64,000 bases of DNA from Neoechinorhynchus agilis (taxonomy: Eukaryota > Animalia > Acanthocephala), in the NCBI GenBank assembly GCA_051530055.1, contig CM121341.1, forward strand, positions 9,154,784-9,218,783, read 5' to 3'. The position numbers and the translations under genes are program-made. Positions 23,451-34,519 of the stretch are shown one piece after another. The notes below the pieces were generated by a model. It saw only the letters and a program-made list of their open reading frames with translations. It had not been told where the DNA came from and made no database searches. Numbering within the stretch: the first letter of the stretch is position 1; the number at the start of each line of letters is the position of its first letter.

Positions 23451-23935
23451 CATATGTGGCTCAGACGGTAGTCTTTTGATAGACTTTTTTTCCATACACG
23501 GCCGAATGGACAGTCAGTCCTCCGATTTCGGTCTGGGAAGCGCTGGTCTGCGCTCAATGCTCCAAGACCGTACGGTAAAAGAGTTTGTATGAATCCCTCC
23601 GGATTCTCAGGGGAAGGCGGGACTCATCAGTGAGTTTCCTTTTTCCCTTCAACGAGGTATTTCGTCCCTTTTGATGTGTGTCATTGGCGGTAGCGGATTC
23701 GAATCCGTTGACTTTTTAAGTGGGATCTGGAGCTTTAGTCCACTTGACCACCTCGGCACAACTGCGGAATGTACAAACTTCGAGACTTAAGCCTGGATAA
23801 GCTTTCCGATTTTTTAGAATTCTTATATGTGGCTCAGCCGGTAGTCTTTTGATAGACTTTTTTTCCATACACGGCCGAATGGACAGTCAGTCCTCCGATT
23901 TTTGGTATGGGAAGCGCTGGTCTGCGCTCAATGCC
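23451..23935. repeat. ~110-bp direct repeat (23451-23560 and 23824-23935, period 373) flanking SINE copy C
   Basis: atatgtggctcag.cggtagtcttttgatagactttttttccatacacggccgaatggacagtcagtcctccgatt..gggaagcgctggtctgcgctcaatgc occurs twice. Confidence 0.9.
23581..23780 (-). mobile_element. Copy C of the tRNA-headed SINE-like family (cleavage strand partly deleted)
   Basis: Reverse strand gtttgtacattccgcagttgtgccgaggtggtcaagtgg..ggattcgaatcc..gggacgaaatacctc..ggaaactcactgatgagtcccgcc; GGAGGUAU is missing before CUGAG. Confidence 0.8.
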
Positions 23936-24664
23936 CCGATTAAAATACGTGAATTCAACCTTGGTATCGCCTCATCCACAAAGTGGGATAACTATATCTC
24001 ATTTGTACTATCGTCCATGATTAAACAAGGAACCGGATCTCAAATTTCCATCAAGAAATAACTTTATCCGGTTACTTTATTTGAGATTAAAAACGTGGAT
24101 TTTTCTATTGAAATATTACGTTACATATCGTCTCAGCTCGTCGAAGATATAATAATCGATGATTTTAACTAAAATCCATTCTTTAGTTTTTAAACGTCCT
24201 TTATCGATTGCTGTCTGCTGAATAAAGGGTTAACAGTCAAAATATCACATATTGTTCAAATTTGGGAGAAGTTCATCATTGATTACGATGCGATATTCTT
24301 TGGGAGTAACATCGATTGTCGCGGAGAGGATAATATGTTCATAAAGTGATCGCGGGCGAACCCGATGCAGCAGGGGATAACTTCGTGATAAAATGATTTG
24401 TAATTCCATCAACTATTGAATCTTACAAGTCATATTAAGATGGAGATCCGCGGCGATGAACAAATCCATGAAGACATTATGGAATGAAGTTGCTAGATTC
24501 TAAAATGTATCACGCATTTTACGCCAGGGGATAAGACACATTTCTGTTGAGATGACTACGTCGGCGTGAAATTTCATTTAGGCAGTAGGCTACGGGTATT
24601 GGAGTAGATTACGGCGGGCAAAGGAATTTTGGAATTCGGGAAATCGGTGCGAAAATGAGGGTGA

Positions 24665-24868
24665 TCTTTAAAATTCCTGCTCTCCAGCACCGTTGGCGAA
24701 TTACGAAACCAACTGCAAAATCGAGACGTCCAATTGGAGGGACAATCTTTGATTTGTACAGGACGCGTTTTAAAGGATTCAGAAAGATGGATAAACCTTG
24801 ATGTGGTCAATGGTGGGACAATTTATCTATCGAGGATCATTAAAGGAGAAAATTCAGGAAGAGAATAG
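24665..24868 (+). pseudogene. 5'-truncated duplicate of the second ubiquitin-like domain of the 41.7-kb gene
   Basis: LKFLLSSTVGELRNQLQNRDVQLEGQSLICTGRVLKDSERWINLDVVNGGTIYLSRIIKGENSGRE*, near-identical to 42015-42213 including the 3' flank; an in-frame TGA lies immediately upstream and there is no start codon. Confidence 0.75.
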
Positions 24869-25778
24869 AGAGATCAATAAATTGTCCCCGATTTTAGAAG
24901 TTCGCTTTCGTGTATTTTTTAGCCGAACATTTAATTTCGCTTTGATAGTTTTAACTTCTAAATATTCATCATCGAATAATACAATCATGGAGCTATAAGT
25001 GAAGTCGCTGGAAACTTTAAGGTGAGTCTTTGAACAGCATCGCGTTTGTGGAAACGAGCACAGCAATATGAAAAAAAATGAAATTTTCAATATCGATAAA
25101 AGAAAACGTGGAGGTTGAGGATCAAAAAAGCATTTCTTAAAAGAAAAATTGAAGACAGTGAAATAAAAGAATACTAAGCAGCTTATCAAATGAAGTAAAT
25201 GTACCAGGAACGAATTTTCGTCAAATAAAAAAAAGAATGTTATATTGAGAAACAAGCTCGAATGTTGAGTAAAAATGAACGACGCACTTTTTCTTTGGCG
25301 TCTTAACTTTTATCAAATAATTTTTTAAGAGTTACATTTTAAAAATGAAGATCGCAACGAAAAGATGTAAACACCTTTTAGTAAATTTTTGTTGAAATAT
25401 CAAATACAGTGTCATTTATTGAATGCACCGGTTTCATAGATTAATTTTATTTGAAGTATTCAATACCATCTTTAACTTCCTCCCTTTTAAAAATTCCGAA
25501 TCATAATTCTAAGAGCTTTGGCGGTTCATGGCACTTTATAATGATCAGTGAAAATAATTTAAAAGAACGCTGATTCACGATTGTGTTCTTTTTTCTCATA
25601 GAAGCAGACGGCGATGAATATGTTACACACGCCCATCGTTCACGTTCAAGCTGTCTGCCTCAAGGTTCTTACTCTATTTTTAATTTAAAAAACCCCATTG
25701 TGTGTCCGTAAATTTTTGCGGTATTCATTTACACTTCTCATCTTAAACTGACTCCACTTTTACCAATGCAACATTTTT

Positions 25779-26339
25779 GTGATGTTATTCATCAGTGTTA
25801 TTTTTCAGCATTCAAGCAAGGGCGCTAAACACCACATAAAAATATTTTCAGATTTTATCGGCAAAGATATGAATTCTTTGCTGCAAAAAAACGTTCTTAG
25901 GATTAGATTGGATAATGGGGATACTTTTATCGTCCCTCAGAAAGCAGATGATTTCATTCTTAATTTAAAAGCAAACATTCAAAAGATTGTCAGAATACCG
26001 AAGATAAGGCAATCGTTATTTTTTCACAATAAAGAAATTAGAGACTTCGTTCGTATTTCTGATTGTGGAATCGAACCAGACGATATTCTGGATCTTAAGA
26101 TAAAAAAGGAAGAGCCAATCACAATTAACGTGTTTCTGGTCCATGAGAAACTATGGTTGCAATTTAAAATTCTGCTTTCTGAAAGAGTTGGTACTCTCCG
26201 GAGTAAAATAAAGAGTAGGAATATTGATGTGAAAAGACGGACTATTGTGTATCGTGGCAAGATCTTGGATGATCTGCGGAGATGGAGTGACTTGGATGTA
26301 TCTGACGGAGAGATCATTTATTTGATCGGATTCACTTAA
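25779..26339 (+). CDS. Divergent di-ubiquitin-like protein (two UBL domains, no C-terminal GG)
   Basis: Two ubiquitin-fold repeats (RQSLFFHNKEIRDFVRISDCGI; RTIVYRGKILDDLRRWSDLDV); ends IYLIGFT*; likely ATG at 25870. Confidence 0.75.
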   Translation: MMLFISVIFQHSSKGAKHHIKIFSDFIGKDMNSLLQKNVLRIRLDNGDTFIVPQKADDFILNLKANIQKIVRIPKIRQSLFFHNKEIRDFVRISDCGIEPDDILDLKIKKEEPITINVFLVHEKLWLQFKILLSERVGTLRSKIKSRNIDVKRRTIVYRGKILDDLRRWSDLDVSDGEIIYLIGFT

Positions 26340-26869
26340 AACACAAGCGACCATTTGATTGCAAATTTCACTTCAATGCATTCACAATGGATGCTAAATA
26401 AATCGCTGAAGATTTTTAGAAGCAGTGATGGGCTGTCGAAATAGCAATTAGTTTATGTGAGCAGTTCAAATGTTCTATGAGTTCCATTTTGAGGATAAGC
26501 TTGTAATATGTCGGACGCTCTTGCCTTTATCATTATCGCATCCACTATCCATAGCCCTGATTGACGAATTACAAGTTTTTAGAAAACAACTCGTTGCTTA
26601 ATCTTTTCTAAAAAAAGGATAAACAAAAGATTTTGAGGCAGTCAAATAAAAAACTCGATTCGTTCATCTTGATTTTGTTCAAATTAAAAAGGAGATAAAA
26701 TTTAAAGTTTAAATAAAATTCTTAATTCATTCTTACTAAAGAATATATAACACTACTGATTAAGATTTTATTTATTTTGCAAGAGATCAAGAATTCAAGT
26801 CACTAATTGCGCCTATGAATTTTTAGATAAACACTTCTAAAGTTGCTAGGTAACTACAATGGATCAAAT

Positions 26870-29800
26870 ACATTGATGATCTTTAAAAAAATTGACCATG
26901 ATGGATGCCATTGAAAAAAGAAAAGGAAATGCCGACCAAATATTTAACGATTTTCGCAACGATGTCCTATTGAATGCTGAATCAAAAGAGGTTTCCATCT
27001 TTCGTAATTATAACCCGAAAATATCAAATTGTATACAGAAAGATATTAACTTGGGGCCAATAGGATTCGACGAAATCAAAATACGTTTTACACCTTGGCT
27101 TCAGAAACTTCCTACATTCCTAAAGGCCGAGAAAATAGTCAAAGATCAAATTCAATCTACGGTTTGACACACAGCATTCGATTTGTACGCTTTTTTTATC
27201 ATCGCTCAGTCCGTTGAAGAACTTAGATCGAATCTGCTGTCAATCGTTAAGAATGAAGAGTACACCATTGAAACAGCAGCATATTTGGAGGCCGTAAAAG
27301 ATGGCTATAAACAGTTGATGTACAATAGAGAAATCCAAATGAGATGTATTGAGAAGTTTAAACAAGTTTTGGTCTCGCTTGATAATTTTAAAGAATTAAG
27401 TGTATCTGAATGTAAAAGCGATTTAAAAACAGCACAACAGCATTTGTCCGAAATTGAGACACAATTTAGCTGTATTTGTTCTGCCCTCAAAATTAATGAA
27501 CATAAGGTAAGAATCACTTATTTTTAATATTGAATCCACATTCTTTAAAGTAGAAAGTGTCAAAAACAAATGATAAGGGTGACAAAGATCCTTTCGAGAT
27601 GGACGACATTTTTGAAATGGTCTCTTCCTATGAACTAATGAAATTTACGAAAGGAATGAACTACAAAGAGCAAACAGAATTTATAAATGTAATTTTTGAA
27701 TTTACTTCTGCATCAAAGTTTATTAATTTTTCAACCAGAGATGAAATCACGTTATCTTTCTTTTTCAAAAAAAGTAGAATCCTAGTTATTTTAAAAAAAT
27801 TAAAGTCTTAAAGAGGTATTAACGTTTCCTCACAATGGACTGGGCAAATTCACTGAAGTAAAATCGATTATTCTTTAAGACTATTTGAAGGAAAAAGTGA
27901 CAGCGTATTGTGTTCAAACTCAAGGAGTTCATAGCGATAGGAGTTCTATTTGTTTCATTCTCTAAATATCCCAACGATAAATTTTTTAACGTTTATGTAT
28001 AGACCTAAAATGGTTATTGCCTTAAGTTCTCAATTGTTGCTTTCAATACCATAAATGCACAATTTTTTAATAAAACAATACTTTATTTTTTCTATTTTTT
28101 TCTGAATTATTGTCATGCGGATGAATATAAACCATTAGCTAATACGATGTGTGGGTTGATTTTATTTAATACAAAAACCTGCTTTTTTCAATCTTAATGG
28201 ATTTTACCGAACATTCTAGTTTACAAAAAAAATTTAGAAGCTATCAAAGAAACTAAAAAAACATTCATCACGTCTGGAGGGTGAAATTCAACAAACTAAG
28301 ACAGTATTTGATGACTTAAATAATGCAGCGTGGCTCTTACATCAAAAGTTGATTTTCGTAAGTTTTTAAATTACAGATTTCAAATCTCGATAAATAAAAC
28401 TTCGATCAGCTTCAACTTAAGCGAAATGTTCATGTTGCAGCGAAGATGAGAGTCGATCAAATAAAGTTAAGATTAGCTGATATGTATCAGTCAAGGAATA
28501 AATCTCAGTCAGAAGTAAATAAAACGAAGTAGGCAGATATTTCTGTTCGCTTATCTACGTCCGCTTAAAATTAGAGATCAATTAAAAGAGGCAGAAGAGC
28601 TTTTGAATGGTTCCACTGTCGTCCAAGTCGCTTGTTCTTCAGTTCTAACTACTCTCGAGGGTATTTTAAGCGATGATGTGTTTATCGAGGAAAACCAATC
28701 TGATTTACAAAAGTCGAAAGATGAGGTTGACATTGCTTTATATCGAATATTCAAATGAGCAAAGATTATTTAGGAATTACGAAATCGACTTTCCAATAAC
28801 ATTGAGGAACTCGGATTACAGTACAATAAAAATTTACGGTTAAAAAAGTGTGTCTTAGTTTTCCCATTTACGTGGCACGTTTAAGATATCTTTTTCGACT
28901 GGTATTTGCTTTTCTTTATTCCGAACACGGTTCCAAATAATATAAATCAGACAAAAAATTCGCTTAGCCTGTTTATCATACCCATTCATTGGAGAAGTAT
29001 CAAAATATCTTTCCAATAAATTCTTTAAATATAATCTCACTTGTCTTTAATGTCAGCAGATTACAACTACCTCCAGATACGAGCTCACGTTTTCAATTTC
29101 TCGCCTTATTTCAAATAGTAACTATGTTTCGTTTTTAATAGTTTCGCGTAACAATCATTTTTCCGTAACCGCACCCACTTCGTCGTCAACTCCCTCCAGT
29201 TTTTAGTGTCTCTTCTTTTGTGGCTTTTATACATTTCTTCAATAAAAAACTAATTTACGGGATACAAAATATTTCCATCGAATCATTGATAAGAGACTTT
29301 TCATCTTCAATTATCGAATAGAGAACTGCATGAAATGGAAGACCGTTTAAAGGATATAAAGGAACTGAACAAATCTTGTTTATCAATCAACCGGACTTCT
29401 ACCTTTAAAAATGTATGAAATATACTTTAATTCCATTAAAATAAACAATATTCGATATTAGTTCGTGAGAGCGGCAGTGGACGCAATCGTAGGCAAAGAA
29501 ACTAAAAAACCAAATCAATCTTCCGCTTTTGAGGTATAAATTTTTTGAATTTGTGAAAACTTATAAGAAATCGAAAAAATAGGATGAACAAATCGCTCAA
29601 ATCAAGACAGATCTTGCAAAAGTGAGCTCAAAAGTAGAGAAGGACTTGAAATGCATTGAGTACTATGAAACAGAAATTCAAAAATTGGAAGCGAAGGCAA
29701 ATTTGAACGGTAAGTTTTTGTAGGATTTTCTAATTTAAACATTTTTTGTAATATTTTAAGTGACATTACCAGAAGAAAGAGAAGAATATAAATGCGACTA

Positions 29801-30071
29801 TGGCGAATTGAACGAAAGGGTGAAACTACACAATCAATATTGGAAAGACGAATATCAAAAATTGCAAGAAAGGCTTAGCAAAGTTCGTTCACGCGTTTTT
29901 CCGATTGATCACCGAAATGTCATCGATCTAAAATCGGATAAATTTACGGGTATAAAAGCCGAAGAAGATATAATTCGTTTGCGATCAGACGCTGAATTAA
30001 AGGATTTTGTGCAAGCGGTGGAGATATCTGTCAAATCAAAGTCTGCGGAAGCTGAAAATTGTGAAAATTAA
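26870..30071 (+). CDS. Uncharacterised multi-exon coiled-coil (possibly spectrin-repeat-like) protein
   Basis: Series of E/K/L-rich helical ORFs joined by short GT-AG introns, e.g. a 48-nt intron at 27162-27209 that removes an in-frame TGA; the full exon structure is not resolved. Confidence 0.55.
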
Positions 30072-30404
30072 CTTTACACAAAGTTTCAATAATATTTACG
30101 TCTAATAAAATGATCAGTTTGAGCGAGAAATCTGATTGGTCAAAGTTACATATAATTTTTTGCGTGTGGCGCATTTCAGTTACTAATTTAGAATAATTAC
30201 GATAGCAACACTTAATTTATTGTTATTCGACATCAGTAATGAAATTTTTTATAATTATGAACAATGCAGAATGTGTGTGCTTTTTAGAATATTTGTGAAC
30301 GATTCATATCGCTGAAGACGTGTTATTTATCGAGAAAATCAACTTTTGCTTTTAAATAGTAAATTTTTATGGTAAAATATAAAGAGATTGAGACAAATCA
30401 CTGG

Positions 30405-30540
30405 CGATCTGAGATCAGGAGCAATCCTCCAACAAAACATAAGTCTAACTCTACAATGGGAGGGAACGCTGAATCCGTCCTTTCGACCGTTACACCAGGA
30501 CGGCAGTTGAGTGATTCAGAAAGGCGGTGGTGTGAACGAT
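30405..30540 (-). mobile_element. Repeat family 2, 5' part
   Basis: Reverse complement of ~20030-20165 at high identity. Confidence 0.75.
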
Positions 30541-31240
30541 TCGACGTGTTACAAAAGTAAAATCATAAATAACTGAAAAACGTAAATGTACTGATAAACT
30601 AACAAGCAAAACCAATTATAGATATGTTAATAAAAAATAAAACATAAACCGATAATTTTCGTTTTTAAATTCCATAATGACTTTGCTATGAAATCACGCT
30701 AAACATTATTGGTTTGTATTCAGAAAAGATTCCGCTCCGATTTACGTTTACGATGTATTTTTCGTGCATATAGAAGCCCATATGGATCATTTCAGATTTA
30801 ATATCTTCGGATGATCATTGATGCGTTAGGAAAAACATTTATCACTAAATACCTCGAGCTTTTGGCAAACGAATAGTTATTCCGCCTCCGAAAAAAACAC
30901 CAAAATGTGAAAATCACTATTATTGCGACATTAATTATAAAATTGTTTTGCAAATTTACCTACAACCATATGCTGCCCTTATTATAAAGGTTCAAAAATT
31001 TAGATTAACTCTATTTCCAAAACCTTCCTTTTGGTGTCAACCTAAATTTAGAAAACTTTTTTTATTAAAAAATTTATGATCAAACGAATTTTTTAACGTT
31101 AGAGCGACTGATCGACATTTAGTCAGAATGTAGCAAACAAAGAATCGGAAGGAGCTTAGTCACATAAAAATCCGAATGTTTTAAATTAAAATACCTTTAT
31201 TTTTATATTTACAGATACCAATCCTGCAATCTTCAATATA

Positions 31241-33856
31241 ATGGCAAATAAAATCATCCATCTGATCTTATTTGTTTGTGTTACATTTACCTGCCTGGGT
31301 TCGATGAAAAATCTATATCGAGTACTCCGCCTTGATGATGTTAGCGAGGACGTCCCTTCGAAGACAATCTTACGACTAAACGCTTGTGAGTTTGAACAAT
31401 GTGATTATTTATTTTATGGGAAAGCCAATCGATCATGGAAGCAGTTAATCGATTTAAATCAGTCCACCGGAGCGCTTTCGGTCAAAAACGTTTTGGATAG
31501 AGAATATTTGGTACATTCGCGATTATGTAATCAAGAAGATTGCATTCTACATTTTAACATTTACGATCGACAAAATCAAAGACTAGAAATTGTTGAGATG
31601 AGAGTCATGGACGTCAACGATAATAGTCCAGTGTTCGAAAAAAATCAATACGAAATTCAAATCAGCGAGAATGTGCCAATCGGCCACACCGTTTGGCTCC
31701 CAAAGGCTCGTGATCCGGACAGCGGCGAAAATTCTCGGTTGACATATTATTTGTTCGATTGGGACGACGAATGCATCGGTATTTGCAATACGTTCTCCTA
31801 TTCGAATTTGTTTCAAATTTTGATCGGAGATGACGAATTAAAAATTCGCGGAAAATTAGACTATGAAACAAGAACAAACTATAATCTCACATTAGTTGCT
31901 TCTGACAACGGAAATCCAAGAAGAAGCTCGTCAACAAAACTAATAATAAAAATTCTGGACGAAAACGACAATCGCCCAATTTGCAAACCAGCCATTCACA
32001 ATATAAGCATTCCTGAGGACCTTGAAATTTACTCGACTATTGGAAGAGTATTTGCAACGGACGCTGATTCGCCGAGATTCGCTACTCTCAAATACGAAAT
32101 CAGCGTGGTAGCCCCTGAGGAAGGCAATCAATTATTTTCGATTGATCCAGACAATGGAACAGTTTACCTTACGGGAAAACTTGACCATGAAAAATGCTCA
32201 AATTTCAAAATCTTCGTTGCCGTATTCGACGGAAAGCATGGCGCTCCAACAACATGCAGTTTATTTGTCGAGGTAACTGATGTTTATGATAGTCCGCCGG
32301 AGTACAGCATCAGTATCTATGAACCAGAACTTTCAATAAATGGAAGACAGACAATCAGCATCCGGGAAGATTGTCTCAAAGGACATTTAGTAGCGGTCAT
32401 TGATTTAAATCGGAAAGGGAACGCTTTTCCGATAACTAATTATACCGTTTCCTGGAATTGCGATGCATTAAAGGTGACTTATCACGACGAAGTTCGGAGG
32501 CATGTGATTACCGTCAATCGTTTGGATAGAGAAGAGAAATCTCTACATGATTGTTCACTAACAATAACGGATCCATCGCCCTATAGATTAAGGACGATAG
32601 TTGAAATGTTCGTGGAAGTGACGGACGTTAACGACAATGCGCCAGTACCAAATTTCCCAGACAGATTTTACATAACGGAGGATTTGAGGAAGTTCTCGAC
32701 GGTAGCCGTATTGAATGCCACCGATGCTGATGAAGGACAAAACGGCGAATTGGTCTTTTCGATCGTCGGAAACAGCACTGAGTTCGCCGTTGATCCAAAC
32801 GGCAAACTAAAGACATTGAGGGACTTCGATAAGGAAAACGGTGATGAGTGTTTTCAATTCGCTATTAAAATAGAAGATAAAGGTAATCCTCCTTTAAGTG
32901 TCCAAAAGGACGTAGAAGTGTGCATCTTGGACGTCAATGACAATATGCCGACGTTTAAAAGCAATATCTTTGTTTTTTCAGTAAAAGAAGACATTCAAAT
33001 CGGTGAAGTAATTGGCGTTATCGAAGCTGAAGATAAAGATTCGTTCAGTAATGGACAAGTCGACATTTACGCGTGTCCTCAAAAGGACAAAACTTTCGAT
33101 CATGAAACATTTCCATTTTCAATCGCATACGATGGAATTATCCGTACGAATTCCTATTTGAATTACGAAGAGCGCACTCAATACAATCTATCAGTTTGCA
33201 TCAAGGACCTCGGTCTTCCACCTCGACATGGAAAACCTGCTCAAATCGTCATTAACATAAAGAATATCAACGATCATTGTCCCCGGTTTATGTCCTTTAA
33301 ACCGACTTTCTACTTCAACCGAGACTTAAAGCAGCAAACGCCTTTATATGTAACCGTAAACGATCGAGATGGAGACGACGTCCAGATAAGAGCGTCCATT
33401 GTTTCCTTTCCGCAATTTCAATTCAGTATTACACCTTTCATGAATCTTGGAACGGGTCAACAATTTAAAATAGAAATCAAAAAACCTTATCCGCCGTCTG
33501 AAATTTACACAATTCGCTTGGACGCAACTGATGGCTCCTTTGATGAAAATGGCTATGAAAATTGTATATCAAGTGCTTATGTTGTTCTTTTCGTGGGAAC
33601 AAATGACACTTCGAATACAAATGTAGAGGAACACAGTGAACAATTTCTGAGGAGTTCGATAAGCAATTCTTCGAATGAAAAAAACACTAATGAATTTCAA
33701 CCAAGATTTAGATCTGCACTTATAATATTGTTGGTAGGCATTGTATCCTCGTTGGTATTCGCATCCTTGGCACTAGTCGTCTACTTTTGGTTTTCTCGAC
33801 AAAGGAAGCAGAAACTATCGTCCGAATCAAACAAACATTTTCCAAAGTGTTACTAA
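31241..33856 (+). CDS. Intronless protocadherin: signal peptide, 7 cadherin repeats, TM helix, short tail
   Basis: Repeated LDRE/LDYE, DxD and DxNDNxP linkers; protocadherin-type EC1 (LDRE..LC..EDC); TM segment ALIILLVGIVSSLVFASLALVVYFWF. Confidence 0.92.
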   Translation: MANKIIHLILFVCVTFTCLGSMKNLYRVLRLDDVSEDVPSKTILRLNACEFEQCDYLFYGKANRSWKQLIDLNQSTGALSVKNVLDREYLVHSRLCNQEDCILHFNIYDRQNQRLEIVEMRVMDVNDNSPVFEKNQYEIQISENVPIGHTVWLPKARDPDSGENSRLTYYLFDWDDECIGICNTFSYSNLFQILIGDDELKIRGKLDYETRTNYNLTLVASDNGNPRRSSSTKLIIKILDENDNRPICKPAIHNISIPEDLEIYSTIGRVFATDADSPRFATLKYEISVVAPEEGNQLFSIDPDNGTVYLTGKLDHEKCSNFKIFVAVFDGKHGAPTTCSLFVEVTDVYDSPPEYSISIYEPELSINGRQTISIREDCLKGHLVAVIDLNRKGNAFPITNYTVSWNCDALKVTYHDEVRRHVITVNRLDREEKSLHDCSLTITDPSPYRLRTIVEMFVEVTDVNDNAPVPNFPDRFYITEDLRKFSTVAVLNATDADEGQNGELVFSIVGNSTEFAVDPNGKLKTLRDFDKENGDECFQFAIKIEDKGNPPLSVQKDVEVCILDVNDNMPTFKSNIFVFSVKEDIQIGEVIGVIEAEDKDSFSNGQVDIYACPQKDKTFDHETFPFSIAYDGIIRTNSYLNYEERTQYNLSVCIKDLGLPPRHGKPAQIVINIKNINDHCPRFMSFKPTFYFNRDLKQQTPLYVTVNDRDGDDVQIRASIVSFPQFQFSITPFMNLGTGQQFKIEIKKPYPPSEIYTIRLDATDGSFDENGYENCISSAYVVLFVGTNDTSNTNVEEHSEQFLRSSISNSSNEKNTNEFQPRFRSALIILLVGIVSSLVFASLALVVYFWFSRQRKQKLSSESNKHFPKCY

Positions 33857-34164
33857 CAGAAAATTTGAAATGAACTAATTAACTGTTTTTTATGTGAATA
33901 AAACGAGATATAAATTTTGTATAAACGAAGTTCAAAAACTGTTCAAAATAAATACAGCGATTTACATTGCAAAATTTTATACGTAAAAGTTGCCTAGATA
34001 TCACACAAAAATTTCACAATTTTGCTACAGTAAAATTGTGAAATATAAAATTTATGCATATTTATCAATTAAATTGGCTTTTCTAGAATTTCGTTTTGTG
34101 ATAAATTTTTGTTTAATCTAAAATAGCATTTAATATCGACCAAATCTTACTAATAATCACGCCA

Positions 34165-34480
34165 CGGTCGAAAGGACGGATGTAGCGTTGCCCCGTAGCA
34201 CATCCAGGCTTATGTTTTGTAGGAGGGATGCTCCTGCCGAACGAAATAATGATTTCGACCAAAATCCTTGTATTTGGAATTTTTGCGGTCCTCCGCGGCG
34301 GTTGCTGCTCCCCTTCGGTTTAATGGCGGAGAGTTTTATGTTGCAGGCTGCAAACGGCGTCCGAGCGAAGGACTTTGCCTCCTTTCGCTACGGGAATACG
34401 GTGTCACCGTCCGATCTACGGCGGCTATCGAGTCGACAAAGATTGCTCGGCTCTAGGATGTTGCGCGTATTCACAGTATT
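34165..34480 (+). mobile_element. Repeat family 2 copy
   Basis: Collinear blocks shared with 20035-20420. Confidence 0.7.
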
Positions 34481-34519
34481 CAACGTACGACTAAGAATTG
34501 CGTTCACTTCGACGTGTCG

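Noticed and set aside
9871-27209. Reassigned stop codons (in-frame TGA/TAG in IPMK, 15.9 kb and 27.2 kb)
   Set aside because: Long ORFs (TAF1, protocadherin) contain no in-frame stops; TAA, TAG and TGA all end genes here; two of the three cases are explained by introns.
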